A stretch of 64,000 bases of DNA from Bigelowiella natans CCMP2755 (GCA_000320545.1 ADNK01000487.1:13736-77735), one strand, 5' to 3'. Positions 1 through 13,368 are shown, counted from the first letter of the stretch. Notes: generated by a model not told the origin, from the letters alone. Made by a program: numbers and translations.

Positions 1-170
1 AACTATGTGATTCCTAGAGGTCAGGTATGCGGTGCATATGTTATATTATAAATTTATACATTATGGCCACTACAATCAAAAACCACAAAATCTAGATGTT
101 ATGAGCTATAATGTTGCAATTTTAAATACATTTAAATCGGATATCAAAACTGAGTACAGACTAGTATAAT

Positions 171-1404
171 TCATTTCTTTTTCACATCACCCTTTTCAAA
201 CTTAGCATCCCAAGCTTTCTCCATTCTTCTCCTAAGGCGTTGCGTACGTCGCAAATGCCTCAGTGTCCGACGATAAAAGGTCACTCTGTTTCTTCTTTCA
301 AGATCAATACCCTTCAGGAGGGCAGTTTTCAAGCTAGTTTTTCTGTTGCTTGCCAACTGAGCAAGCAACTGATGCTTCTCGTCTCTTCTACCACAAAATC
401 TATCCTGATTTCGACAGGTCCGTGACCCTCCACCTCCTCCTTTTGTAACCGAAAACGCCTTGAGCAGCTGGATCATACACTTAACTCTCTGCTCGGCATG
501 GGCTCTCCTTTGCATCCGTCTTGAGATCATGGCCTTGCATTCCTCTGAAGAATGATGGCTATGAGGTAGGCAATGTGTTCTTGGACGAGGCGATGATGCC
601 ATACTAGAAGTGGATTCATCGGCACCACCATAAACTTCTAAAACTGCGTTGCCGATTCTAATGCAATCTCCAGGGTGAAGAGAGTGCTGATACGTAGTTT
701 AAATAGAGGAAAAAAATTAGAACATTTCTTTAAAGTTAAGAAAAAGTAGTGACACCTGCTCAACTCGAGATCCATTTACCCTTGTTCCATTTTTACTTGT
801 ATCTTTCAGTGCACCATTTGTTATAATGCAGTGGCTTTTCGAAACGAATGGGTCACCTGATAATATCCATGTTAGTATATCTCCTAGAATTTTAAATTTG
901 AATTTTATGAAAAAGCAGAGGTTGAATTTATCCCCCCCACTTTCAATTTCTTTCTTCCTGGTCTTCCCAAACTTACGAACCTCGAATGACGACATCATTG
1001 CGTCCACGCCTGCCAATAGTGACTCTTTTTCCTGTCAAGTCTACTCTGCGTCCCCTCCATAATAAAAACATTTGTTCCTTTTTGTCTTCGTCTTGTTGTT
1101 CTTTTTTATTTTCAATTCTTAAACCTGAACCCAGAGACAAAGAAAATTAGTTTGGAAGGCTGCGGTAGTCAAACAGTTTCACAGTTTTTATCCTTATTGC
1201 TTTTCTTTCACCTTCTTGGTTTGAAGATGTGGCAGCTGCACCCGCAGCAGCTGTGCGCTTCTGGGTGGTGGTTGGAGTCGAAATGGTGACTAAATCTTCT
1301 TCTATGGACCAAGGGGGGGTGGAAGGATTGCGTTCTTCCCTCTTCCTTGTCTTTTCGAACGGCGAAGTTGACAGCGATACACTGAATATATTCCTCAGAA
1401 ATTC
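171..1404 (-). CDS. FHA-domain protein (multi-exon; 5' end not resolved)
   Basis: Spliced exons read ...MFLLWRGRRVDLTGKRVTIGRRGRNDVVIR/GDPFVSKSHCIITNGALKDTSKNGTRVNGSRVEQ/HSLHPGDCIRIGNAVLEV. This has the FHA hallmarks G-R, S-x-x-H and S-x-NGT-x-VNG. A basic C-terminal tail ends at the stop at 171. An in-frame upstream S/T-rich exon lies at about 1212-1404. Confidence 0.8.
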
Positions 1405-2370
1405 CTAAAAAATCATAATATCTTTTCAATGCGTCATTAAAATATTGTTGTCGTAACTCTAAAGTAGAATAGTGAAGACAATACATGGAACTTTTTAATA
1501 AATCTGATTCACAGGAGACAAGCTGCTCACAACGTACCCCCCAGATAGCCAGATTCCCTCTTGCACAAGGAACTTACCAGATGAATGTTGATATCACATT
1601 GCGACAATACAAATTTTGCCTTTTATTGGAAAAAGTAGGATATTATTTTATGCTCTAAGCTGTATTATTGAATGAATTTGCACCCAAGGAATGGAAATAA
1701 AGGTCACTGAACTATGGAAGAGAATCACAAATCCATGAGCATTTTTCATGTAAGGCAGCGAAAATCGATGTCGCATTTTAAACACTACATCGTGTTGTTC
1801 TTTATTTCCATTTTACACCCAAAAAAGGCGCCAAAAACATGAGCGTACTCGTAGCTATCACGTCGTAATCAATAATTGAACAAAATCCCCGATATTATCG
1901 GTGTTGCGGTTTTTATTCGGAAAAATTATAATCATTCTCTTTTTTAGTGTTTTCCTGACAAAAGCCACCATGGCAAACAATAAATGCGACCGCTTGTTAC
2001 GATTTTCAGGCTAAATTCCGTAATGTGCGACTGGATATTTGTGAATGTGATCATGAAAAATCGGGGGGTATTTCATCCTACAGACGTCGAATTTTCATTG
2101 TCTCAGTCAATCAATCTCACATGGAGACTACAGGCATGCTGCTAGATTCCGAAACACCCCAGAATGGTGGGAGAAACTGATGTGAGACATTATGAATTGG
2201 ATAAAAGCCATGAAAACCTCCATCGATCTACCAAAATAAGGTAAGCACCAGCAGGAGATGTATCTGACGGTAACCAGCAAACGGCAAGTAAGGCTCCTTC
2301 GTCGGCCGCCACCACAGGAATGACCGACGCGCCCGACACTCCTTCAGCTGCATTCTGCACGTCTCCACGA

Positions 2371-3753
2371 ATGGATCGTGTTCATTTGTTTATCCTATGT
2401 CTATTTGCTGCTGCACTTCCAGCCTCGGCTAGCGGTTCACGAACAGCTCTATCAAACCGCTTCTCCACTCTCCGACGTGGTCTACGTACTCCGGTAGCAA
2501 GGTCTGGGTCTCAGGGCATCAGGTCTTCCGTGAAGGCCCGGGCCGGTAAGCTTTAAAATTTTGGTGCGAATTTTTGTGTTTTTTCCAGCTTTTTCGTGGT
2601 TGTTTTCAAAAGTTTTCTAACTACTTCATGGCCCCCCCGCCACCTCCGAGTAGGGTTGTTCACACTGGCACACAAAAACAGAAATGCTAAGAGGTGGTTC
2701 CTTGCCAAATGATTAAAAGAAGATTCTCATTTCTTTATTTCGAAAACATGTAGAGTTCATGTGTGTGATATTTCTTCTTCCCCCCCCCGTCTCCGTAATC
2801 AGTTGGATATGTAGTAATTCTGCTGCATCCGCTGATATCAACGAGGTTGTCGCTGAGCCATCAGGTAGTACTTTCATGTGCAGAAGCGCCTTCAATATTT
2901 ATTCTGTTATAAAATTCATATTAGCGGCTTCTTCTTTATCATCTTCCGAGCTTTCCGAAGCAGAGGCAGCTGCCGCGAAAACCAAATCCCTTGGTAACGA
3001 TGATAATGACAACGACGACAGCGCACGTGCAAATTCAAACTAAAACGAAATCAAGGAATAGGATTACATAAGTATATGTAAATAATAAAGCAATTCTTGT
3101 TGCAGGAAGATAATAATACGATGTTTCCGTGCCTTAGTTGCAATTTTGAGAGAATATTCAAACTCACGGGTTGTCTATAAATTGAAGGTCTGATCGCCTC
3201 CGCTGTGGTTTCTCCCCACCCAGCAAAAGTAATAGTTATTCCACCACGAAACTTGCAAATCCATGAAGTTTGCGGTAGAGAAGCTGGTGCTTCTCTGGAA
3301 TATGTGCATCGTGGCAACAGTTGAAACTTCCTGTCGATATGTGTTATGAAGGTGAAGAAGGGCGGCGAAGACGCGTTTTTCTTCAGATCCTCCCTCGTAT
3401 GTTCCAAAACCTCACAACTTCTCGATTTTTCCTTCCCTCAAAATTTGTTGAATTTTATGCGAATCAACCAGGACGGTGGTGCTATAGGCGTTGCAGACGG
3501 TGTTGGAGGGTACTACTTACCGACATATATGTTCTTATCCTCCGGGACGAGTTTCCACGTGTTATCCTTACTCTTTTCTCTTTCTCCCTTCTCAGGTACT
3601 CTGAGTACGGCATCGATCCTGGTATGTTCTCCAGAACTCTTATGCAACAGGTCTAGTTTGCAACCCCGCACCAAAATTTCGCGAATTATAATGATGATCT
3701 GCAGTAATACTACTCGAAAATACGCAAGCGTAAGCATACACACACACACACAT

Positions 3754-3794
<41 letters not shown>

Positions 3795-4307
3795 TGTGCG
3801 CATACATACGAACACAACAAACGCTGATATGATGTACGCATCGTCAACACCGCTATATAGCATCTTCCCGCTGTGCTAACGCTACTTTTTCCTTTTAGTT
3901 AAGTCAATCCGAGGCGAAACAGACTCAGGTCAACCCCGCGAGTGCCCTCAGAGAAGCGCAGGTGAGAGTGAGAGTGGGAGATAGAGAGAGTGAAAGAGAA
4001 AAACAGCCTGTGCAGTATTAATCATCGAATATTCTGCTAGTGCTGATGATGCTACTAATATCGCCTGATAGGAAGCTACACGCTTGCCTGGAGCATCTAC
4101 TGCCGTCGTTCTTCAGCTCAACGGTGAGAAAAGATTGAAGAGATGTACATCTGGAGAAAATAGGCTGTTTCAGCACTCTCTTCGGCGATGTAGTGTGCAT
4201 GAGCTTTCTTAATTCATAAACTTTCTTGGTTCTTTTGTTCTTCTTTCTTCTAAGTTTGGCTCGTGACGATTTTGTTAATGTCGCCCAGTTGTCATCACCG
4301 TCATCTT

Positions 4308-4348
<41 letters not shown>

Positions 4349-4794
4349 TCTCTTTCCCAACAATGTGCTACAGGAACGTCTCGAGAGGCAACCTACGCCA
4401 ACGTGGGAGATTCTGGCATCAGAGTCCTCCGAGATGGAAAGTAGTAGTAGTAGTAATAGTAGTACTTGATAATAAATCCTCTTCCTCCATTGCAAATGAG
4501 TTATTATGATTCTCTTTTTCTTGCGGTGTGTGTGGTGGGCGTTGTGTACCCTTCTCCTCTTCCTGATCATTCTCCTCCTCCTCCTCCTCTTACATTGCTT
4601 TTTGCGTCTCTTCTCCAGGATAGTTTACGCCTCACGGCCACTGATGCATGGTGCGTGTGTAGAATACCCCCTCCGCTTTTTCGTGTTAAAGCAGCAGCAG
4701 CAGCAGCAGCAGCAAATATGTAGTTGTTGTGTATAGCAATGATTGTCATTCGTGAGCGTAAGTAGACTGTGGTGTCGTACTGGTTCTCTCCTTC

Positions 4795-4825
<31 letters not shown>

Positions 4826-5112
4826 CTTCTTCGCCCTCTTCCTCAGGCTTCAACTGTCCATACCAGCTCGCATACACGCGGTTATCCCCCAATGCACAGG
4901 TAAAGAAAAATATCACAAGAGAGAATATTTCTGATGATACTTAATGACCTCATCTCGAGAATCGCCTGACGATAACATGGGGGTGTAGCTTGTTTGATTG
5001 TTTGTCTGTCGTATTAATCTTCCGTCGTGCGGTTTATGAGTTTTTGTGGAAACGTTCGTGTGTAGTATCTCCTCTGAATAGTGTGCTGGTTGTCACCATC
5101 ATCATCGTCATT

Positions 5113-5147
<35 letters not shown>

Positions 5148-5464
5148 TTGAAATCCAGACGATAAAGGACGCCGATATCGAGACAATACCGGTCATTTTC
5201 CGACAATTTATTATGATGATGATAAAATTGATATTGCTGTTGTTGATGCTGATGATGATGATGATGAAAATGATGCGGGCGGATGAAAGTAAAAATCATT
5301 AGAATGTATAAATATATAGATGTGTAGATATATATCTGTGTATGTAAATTATTCCTAAAATGTTACGTTCCTGTTTCTCTTGTCTTTCCCTCTCCTTTCT
5401 TCGCTCGCAGGTGCTGCCTGGTGATATCATTGTGGCTGCCACTGACGGAGTGTTTGACAATCTG

Positions 5465-5498
<34 letters not shown>

Positions 5499-6749
5499 TT
5501 ATCAAACAAAAAAGGATTATGACCATGATACATCAAAATAGTTTATGGATAAATGCTCGTCGGTAGACACATGCATGTAATTGTGCCATGCTGCTGCTGC
5601 TGCCACAACGCATACCATCGTCGCGTTTCCCTCGCAACGACAACAACACGCAACGACAACAACGACAACAACAACAACGACAACAACAACAAACCAACCA
5701 ACCGGAAGAAGCGAATCCTTATTTATGCTGCTCGCTAATACTGCTCTTGTTGTTATATAGGTTTGACTCGGATATCGAAGAGATTATATCGGATGAAGAA
5801 AGCGCAGGTCACAACAAACAACCAACAACACTCGGTCTCCCGGACGCACTCGTTTTTTGTGCAATAAGCTCTGCAAATTATTGACGGCAGAGATTGTTCG
5901 TATCACTGCTCACCTCAATTTTGTGGTTGTGGTTGTGGTTGTGATTTCGGTGGGGATGAACTTCGTCGTCGCTCAACAGCTGGTAGCTCTGATCTTGAAT
6001 TGGTGAAAAGCACTGCCAAAGCGCTGGCTGACGAGGTAGTGATGCGTTCCTCTGCTCTGCTATTCGTGTGTCCCTTTCATGGGAGAGAGTGTTGAAGGCG
6101 GGAATAGTGTGTTGTGCGTGTATGCAATGCTTCTCCCCATTAAGGAAGGAGGTCTACTACCGATTATCAGCTATGACCTTGTGCAGGATTTTCACCGCTA
6201 TTCCGCCATTATCATTAATCAGCAATATCAGTTTCACTCATTATGGCCGTCATCCTCATCCTCCTCCTAATCCTCCTCCTCTTTCTCATCATCATCATCA
6301 TGAATTACAACCACATCATCATCAACAACAACAATAACAACAGGCGTTTGCTCGCTCCATGGATGCGAGATATATGTCTCCTTTCGCGCAAGGTCTCTGA
6401 TATTCAGCCTTTCTTCCATCACGAACGATGCGTTGTACCCGCTGCTGCATCATCTCGCAGTGGATGATCTTACTTTCTCCCCTCCCCCCCCTCTCGTTAG
6501 CGAAAGGAGAGCAACAAGGCGGGTTCGTGTTCCAAAAGCCAATAGGGGGCAAGCCAGACGACATCACGGTTGTCGTAGCGCTGGCAAAAGAAGGTCCTAA
6601 TAATGAATAGATGATGATGATGATCATGATGACGATGATGATGATGATGATGATAGGGTTGTGCTGCTGCTGCTGCTGCTGCTCGCCTCTGTTGCCACTT
6701 CTTACAAAATAAGCAGGCTAATTCATCACATGTACATCCGCGCGCGCGC

Positions 6750-6788
<39 letters not shown>

Positions 6789-7323
6789 GGGAGGGGAGGG
6801 GAGGGGGGGGTGATAGTATGAAAAGTCCCTTGTTAAAACTGATTTCTATTAATAAATACCCTTAGGCGGAGTAGCGGGGGCTGAGTCCGAAGTGCTACGT
6901 TCTCAGAAGGAGTGGGAACAGGTGGTGTGGTGGTAGTAGTACTAGTACGAGTGATTGCTGCAGATCTGCGCTGCTGCTGACAGCAAAGAAGAGTCAAACA
7001 AGATCACAATCGTAATGAAGTGTGGTATCTTCTAAAAACGAAGGACACGCACTAACACACACACACACATGTTTATATAGGCTCAACTGGTGGTACAGAA
7101 GCTGCTGGAGGGCAGCGAAGATGTAAGTGCTGGCAAGACTGAACCCATCAAAATCCAACCACATACAAATATGATGCGTTTGTGTGTGCATGTCATATGC
7201 TGCTGCTACTGATGCTGCTTCTTGCTATCAGGTCGTACGAGCAACCCAAGAAGCTTTGAGTGCAGCAGAATCTGCAGGTGGGGCTGGGCTGGCTATGATT
7301 CATGCGTACTTCGTGCAGGGGGG

Positions 7324-7358
<35 letters not shown>

Positions 7359-7736
7359 TGTGTTTGTGTGTATAATTTATATCCACACCCAAAATTCCTC
7401 GAAATTTTGCTTGTATTATCTCCGCAAACAATTGCAAACATTGCTGCTATTTGTGCATGCATTCATCTGCTCGTAGTAGTAGTAGCGATGTGGTGGTGGT
7501 GGTGGGCATGTTCTTCCGTTGTGCTCGTAGCAAATCATCATCCCCTTCACTGCGCCAAAACTCCCCCGACGAATCTCATCATTATTATCTAATGACTACC
7601 TTGTCTAGTCGATGATCGGAGCTGCTGCTGTTGTTGTTGTTGTTGTCTATGGCTAGGGATGGTGGCATCAGCGAGACCAGCAGCATCAGGGCCACGACCG
7701 AAGAAGAAACCCTCTTCCGGTAATAAATTGTCTACC

Positions 7737-7767
<31 letters not shown>

Positions 7768-7988
7768 ACCTATCTACCTACCTACCTATCTGTCTCCTCC
7801 TTTCGATAACGGTGGAATAGAGCCACCACTGATGACGATGACGGACGTTAATAAACAACCCCCCCCGTGCTGCATCGCGGTCAATACGAAGGTATGCAAG
7901 TATTCGTTGAGTCTCAAGTCGCTGCTATGGTAATAATATCACAATATCATTTGTCTCAATGCCTTTCGTTGCCGATGGATCTTCTATT

Positions 7989-8029
<41 letters not shown>

Positions 8030-8260
8030 ATATGTATACACATAATATATATATATATATATATATATATCGTGTGTATGTGTGTGTGTGTGTGTTCCAC
8101 GGTTTCCATTCATATTCTTCTCCTTCCCCTTTCTTGTGATAACGATTGGTAGGACAAGGCTCAGCTTCAACGAACGCTTGGACAGCTCGGGTAGCGTATA
8201 CATAAACTACAGCGAGTATATCATGAGAATAAAGGATGTGCTTATCTATTCTCTCTCTGT

Positions 8261-8303
<43 letters not shown>

Positions 8304-8448
8304 TCCTCTTCCTCCTTTGTTTTTTTCCTCCTTATTGAATGACGATTATCAACTGATCATCCACTACTATCGTCAATTAACAAATAGCCTCCCGACCTCT
8401 GGAAAGCTATCTAGTCTGAGGCAGAGATTGCTGGACTACAGAGAGTAA
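2371..8448 (+). CDS. Plastid-targeted PP2C phosphatase (PTC7/PBCP-like), with probable C-terminal extension ending in a SAP domain
   Basis: Leader MDRVHLFILCLFAAALPASAS is followed by an S/R-rich stretch (signal + transit peptide). PP2C motifs are spread over many exons: HPAK/VKKGGEDAFF, GVADGVGG, GASTAVV, ANVGDSG, FNCPYQL, GDIIVAATDGVFDNL, GGKPDDITVVVA. A donor at 6594 joins in phase to six further exons (6866-6921, 7081-7122, 7232-7277, 7657-7719, 7821-7891, 8153-8190) and a last exon 8388-8448. The unspliced alternative stops at 6610. Confidence 0.85.
3737..3790. repeat. (CA)n intronic microsatellite, representative of dozens of (CA)n/(TA)n/(TC)n/(GAT)n/(CTT)n/(GCT)n tracts in introns
   Basis: Visible directly. 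Similar tracts occur at e.g. 4314-4352, 4795-4832, 5467-5496, 8045-8095, 11461-11493, 22147-22235, 53100-53200, 57535-57566 and 62099-62155. Confidence 0.95.
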
Positions 8449-8704
8449 CAACGATAAATGATGATGAGTATGAGGAACGAGTCACGATCGCGAATTCTAA
8501 CCGTGGATGTGTATTCCAAATCTGAACAATGGCTTCTCTAGTCATCACTCGCAACAGGATAGTAGGCTTGAGACATTTGAATTTTATTATGTGCATGCGT
8601 GTCCTTCGCGACACCATGAATTCAAGGTTTCTTGCGATAGAAGTTGTAAGTTAAGAATTATTGAACTCAAAATTTGTATTGATGTAAAATATTGTGCGTT
8701 TTGC

Positions 8705-9480
8705 GCATGCTAGCTATATAGCATGCATTTAATATGAGACAGGCTAGCTAGCGTAGCAGATGTGATGAAGTGATTAAATATTTTCGATGGTCATCCTGAT
8801 GACATAGCTGTGCAAAGCAGCGGCTACAGCGCTCATCATCTTGTGTCCATTTGTCTCTGTCGTCATGTGCTTCATGTGCTTGGAAGCATCCATGCTAGCA
8901 TGCTCTGTAGTAGATGCAATGTCACGCACAGTGTGCACAAATGCGCGCAGCTGTTTCTGCTCCTTTTCCAGCCATTCTTGCGTCATTTCGTGCAATCTAG
9001 CCATGCAGGCACAGTTGCATTGTCCATCTAGCCATGCTTGTCTCACTAGCTCCCATGAATCATGTTTGTGTCCATTGCACGTTGTGTTCAATGACAGGAG
9101 CGCGAGCATCGCGCTCATCATCAATTGCAGTCGACACCTCCAGACCTCTCTAGCTCTAGACCTCAGCGCGCACGCGCACGCACGCGCACACATGAAGTTT
9201 GCTTCAACTTCATCAACATCTCACCTCGCTAGCTCGATCGTTGATCGCACAACGCATTGCCAGATCTAGAGATTGCAAGCCAGGTTGATCGCGACGTGCA
9301 CAGCATCGCATTGTTTGCAACAAGATTGTGCAAGTATGCACAAGATGCGGCTGAAGCAGCGAGCTCGTTGGTGCAGATGTTGCGCCGCACGAGACAAGAC
9401 GCATTGCCGAGGCTGCGATGTTCGATCCGCACACAGACTGGGCTGTCAATGAACAATGAACAATGATGATGAACAAGCTG
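8705..9480. repeat. GCTAGC/GCATGC palindrome-rich intergenic tract
   Basis: Dense CTAG, GCATGC, TGCA and GCTAGC words, with no credible coding signal. Confidence 0.6.
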
Positions 9481-9690
9481 TCTGTCACGCTGTGCGACGG
9501 ATCGGGTCTAGCGGCAAAGCAACACCACCAGAACAATTGGTTACCCGAATACCCGGTAATATCGGTATATTTTGCTCTAATACCGGGATTCGATTCCATT
9601 CAACTCCTCCAATCGACGAGTACCACCACCTGCGTGCTCGCATAACAAGATCACACGCAGGCACGCACCACCCGCCCAACAAATCTACAA

Positions 9691-10456
9691 ATGGCAAATC
9701 GCATCAAGACCCTGCTCAAATCCAACAAGGTACCCGCAGAGTCTGGGGTTGGATTGTCCTTTTTTCGCCCGTGTTTGATTTGCGCGCCGCCCAGACGGTT
9801 GATGTCATTTGCGCTTCTTCTTCTTCGTCTTCTTTCGCTTACTTGCAGGTGGCCAAGGTGTTTAACTGTGGCCAATTCTTATCGCATAAGATGGTTGAGA
9901 TCCTAGGTCTTCACGGAGGCTATGACGGCGTCTTCATCGACCAGGTGTGTCGTTGAATGACCAATGGCTACAACTTCTTCTGAGGGAAGCCGTGTACTAT
10001 TTACGGAGAAGCGAGAGAGTGTCACATTCATCCTTATTCACTTCTGCATTTCAGGAACATATACCTTCCATCCTCCAGCGGGATATCGAAATTGCTGCGG
10101 TCGCAGCAAAGAGCTGGTATATATTAAACTCCATCCTTAAAAACTTGATCGTTGCTGCGTTTTCACGTTTTGCGAGCACTGCTTAGCGGAATGGATACCT
10201 TCGTTCGGCGGCCTGCAATCGACTACGCCTCCGCGATGGCTCCCCTCGAGGCTGGGGCAGGAGGGGTGTTGTTCAGCATGATAAGGTAGGTATCATTACT
10301 AGCAGCTATCACTACAACCCATTTTTCCTTCGTTCCCCAGAGACGCCTCCCATGCTCAAGAGGCGATGGAATGGGTTAAGTTCGCACCGGTACGTATCAC
10401 GCTCTTTTCCAATAAGAGAACAACACCGAAAAGAGAAAGAGAAAGAGAGAGAGAGG

Positions 10457-10499
<43 letters not shown>

Positions 10500-11306
10500 T
10501 GATCGTGCATTATTTGACTAATGATGCTGAGTAGTCGAGCGATATAGCACCACTACTGTTAGCAGCAGTATTGACTTGAGAAGCAACATTTATTGGCGCA
10601 GAGGGGCAAACGAGGCCTTCTGGGAGCCAACCGAGATGGAAATTATTTTTTGAAACCGACAAAGCAGTACATCAAGGTGCCCTAGCTGCATAGGAATGGT
10701 TGAGAAATAGTTGCAATTGATGATATAGATCACACAGCAGTAGCGATAGTGCTTGAGTTGTACTAGTAATTTTTCCAGCAAAGTGTGGTGATTGTTGAGA
10801 TCTCCTTCGTCGTGCAGGAAGCAAACGAGTCAACGCTTATCGGAATGCAAATCGAAACCGAGGGGGTACAGATTGTCTACATATTTTATTTTCCCATCCC
10901 TCCCGTGCATTGTGAGCGATAATCCCCATCGAGATGCTCAGAGTGTAGCTTGACTTGTGTGCATCGTTCCCCTCTTGAAGGCACTGGATGATATCGAGAG
11001 GATTGCGGGGATAGAGGTGTTTTTATTTTTGATAAAGAACGATTCTTTCCTATAAAGTCTCACCGTTGCGAAGCCGCCACTACTCCTAACACCAATGCCG
11101 CTGCCGCTTTCCCGCAATCGATCACGCATGCATTAAATCATCACTTAGGACTTGGATTTCGTGCTTTTTGGTCCTGCTGATATGTCTCAAGTACTCGGAG
11201 TTACGGGAGAGGTCTGCACATTCTATCTTGTAGTAGTAGAAGTAGTAGTAGTAGTAGTAGCAGTAGTACCAGACTCAATCTTGAATTGAGTGGAGTACCC
11301 TCATCA

Positions 11307-11341
<35 letters not shown>

Positions 11342-11457
11342 GTAGCTTACTGAATATCGCTACCTACATCCAGGTAAATCATGAAAAGGTTTGGGAAGCC
11401 ATCAGTAGCGTCTCCAAAGCTTGTGCAGAAGCTGGCATGGCCTGGGGAACGGTGAAC

Positions 11458-11500
<43 letters not shown>

Positions 11501-11765
11501 TTATGTGCATATATTATATTTAAAAAAGTATAAATACACATATGTATTGATATATTTATATATATTCTATTCTATTCTTGTCGGTGCTTCCAACCAGGTA
11601 CCTCCCAACGACGAGTACGCCAGCAGAGCTGCAGACTTGGGCTGCCAGCTTTTCCTAGCCGGGCATGATTTCGCTGCCATTCATCGCGGAATAATTGAAA
11701 CGAAGAACAGTTATCCGTCTCTGTTCGGAGAAAAATCGGAGCTAAAGCGGGAAGGTGCATATTGA
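9691..11765 (+). CDS. HpcH/HpaI class II pyruvate aldolase family protein
   Basis: Spliced product MANRIKTLLKSNK/VAKVF...GYDGVFIDQ/EHIP...FVRRP...LEAGAGGVLFSMI/R...VKFAP/RGKRG...EANESTLIGMQIETEG/ALDDIERIAGIE/GLDFVLFGPADMSQVLG...LGCQLFLAGHD. The DxEH His, the Arg, the QIET Glu and the GPAD Asp are all present. Confidence 0.92.
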
Positions 11766-11920
11766 TATCATCGCTCGAGCGCATTATCATGGCAGCATAC
11801 GATTATATGTATAGGCTGTATGATGAGCAAGTTCTATGAATATCTGGTATATTTATTCGCTTCTAAGCAAAAAGTAACAGTGCTTCGGTTATGTGATCGT
11901 TTAATATGCGATGGTTGGGC

Positions 11921-11961
<41 letters not shown>

Positions 11962-12049
11962 ACTTGCTCTCTATTTGAGAGTTATCTGCTATGTGTTGAA
12001 TGTTTGAATCGTGCCGTGGTGACTACTAAACTAGGGTGGCGATCCAAAT

Positions 12050-12940
12050 TGCTTGCTACTTTGCTTTACTACACTATCTACACATGCTAGCATGCTAGCA
12101 TGATTGGCATGTCCAGACATATTAGCTAGCATAGGTTCGGCGCGCACTTTTGCTAAAATATTTTTGCCTGTACGTTTAAACACGCGGCAATATACAATAT
12201 CTACACACAAATACTAGCGAACCAGCTGCAACTGGTAGAGCAAGTTCGATCCCAAACTGGATGCCTAGGTCGCTCGTGCTAGCAGCGTGTCCGCTAGCTA
12301 GCTAGACTGCATGGAATGTGCATGACTGTGCAATGTGCTTCAGATGTGCTGATTTAAATCGCTATCCTAGCTCTCGATGCCTTTCTAGCTTTGCATTCTT
12401 GTGAACCTTCATCTAGCTATGTCTTTTGCGGATGCGATCATGGCGAAACTAGCATGCTTGCGGCGAGTTCTGGAGTTAGCAGCCAGCCACAAACCTCTAG
12501 ACCTGCTAGCCTGGCTAGCTGGCTAGCTGGAAACAATGGATGCATTTTGCGTGCGCATGCTAGCATGCTAGCATGTAGTCTAGTAGTGCTAGCTAGCTAG
12601 ATTGGGCACTACTTGCTAGCTAGCTAGATCTAGAGAGCATGGAGGTCGCTGCTAGGATGCTCGATCAGATTATCTGAGCTTTGACGCAAGTGTTTTCCGT
12701 GGTTTACTTCCTAGACCTTTCATTGCAACTGACACCTCTGAACGATACGATAGCTAGATAGTAGAGACAGCGTGTACTGTCATTACATAGCATGCATTGC
12801 TCGACGTTGCATGCTAGCATGGACTGCGAAAGCGCAGGTTTGGAGGTGTGTGCTGCGTGGGCGATTTGGTCACTAGTCTACATGCTTTATGCGATGCATG
12901 GCGCACATTGTATCTTCCTCCGTAGCAGGCATGGTGCGTA
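12050..12940. repeat. GCTAGC/GCATGC palindrome-rich tract between convergent genes
   Basis: (GCATGCTA)n arrays at ~12082-12102 and ~12555-12575, plus runs of (GCTA)n. Confidence 0.7.
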
Positions 12941-13032
12941 TTCTACGCAAACACGATGATCACAGTCTATTTATTGTTTATGATAATCAATAATTGATGT
13001 TTTATCACAACCACTACTACCACACTATTGAA

Positions 13033-13168
13033 CTACATGCTTGTGGAAGCAATAACATCTTCACAGTAAATTATTCCGTTCATATGCTTAAGGCAGGACC
13101 ATTGCTTTCCCGTTTTCAGCAATTTCTTTAATATATCCTCCTGAGTATTATATATAAATAAATATATA

Positions 13169-13205
<37 letters not shown>

Positions 13206-13368
13206 GATAAAAGCATTGTCCGTTGATGTACACAAAAATTAGAAGAAACGGTGTTGCTGGTGACGATGATGATTGTATACCCCATCTTCTTCCTCGTCTT
13301 CTTTGGATTGCATTTTCCTCAAATGCTTATATATCTGGGGGAGGAGGGTGAAAGAGAGACAGACAGAC

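Noticed and set aside
2320-2370. Upstream ATG at 2320 as the PP2C start
   Set aside because: The ATG at 2371 places the hydrophobic signal peptide at the N-terminus. The ATG at 2320 cannot be excluded without 5' RACE.
3513-8342. ORFs with poly-CV, YI, SL, HT, ER or poly-D/Q/L runs
   Set aside because: Translations of intronic microsatellites.
8774-9599. 139-142 aa ORFs in the GCTAGC/GCATGC tract (similarly 59380-59920)
   Set aside because: The Ala/Cys/Met/His/Ser-rich composition simply reflects the palindromic words. No domain or transposase motif recognised.
12050-12620. Possible CRISPR array or satellite
   Set aside because: No constant repeat with unique spacers and no long-period unit, in a eukaryotic context.
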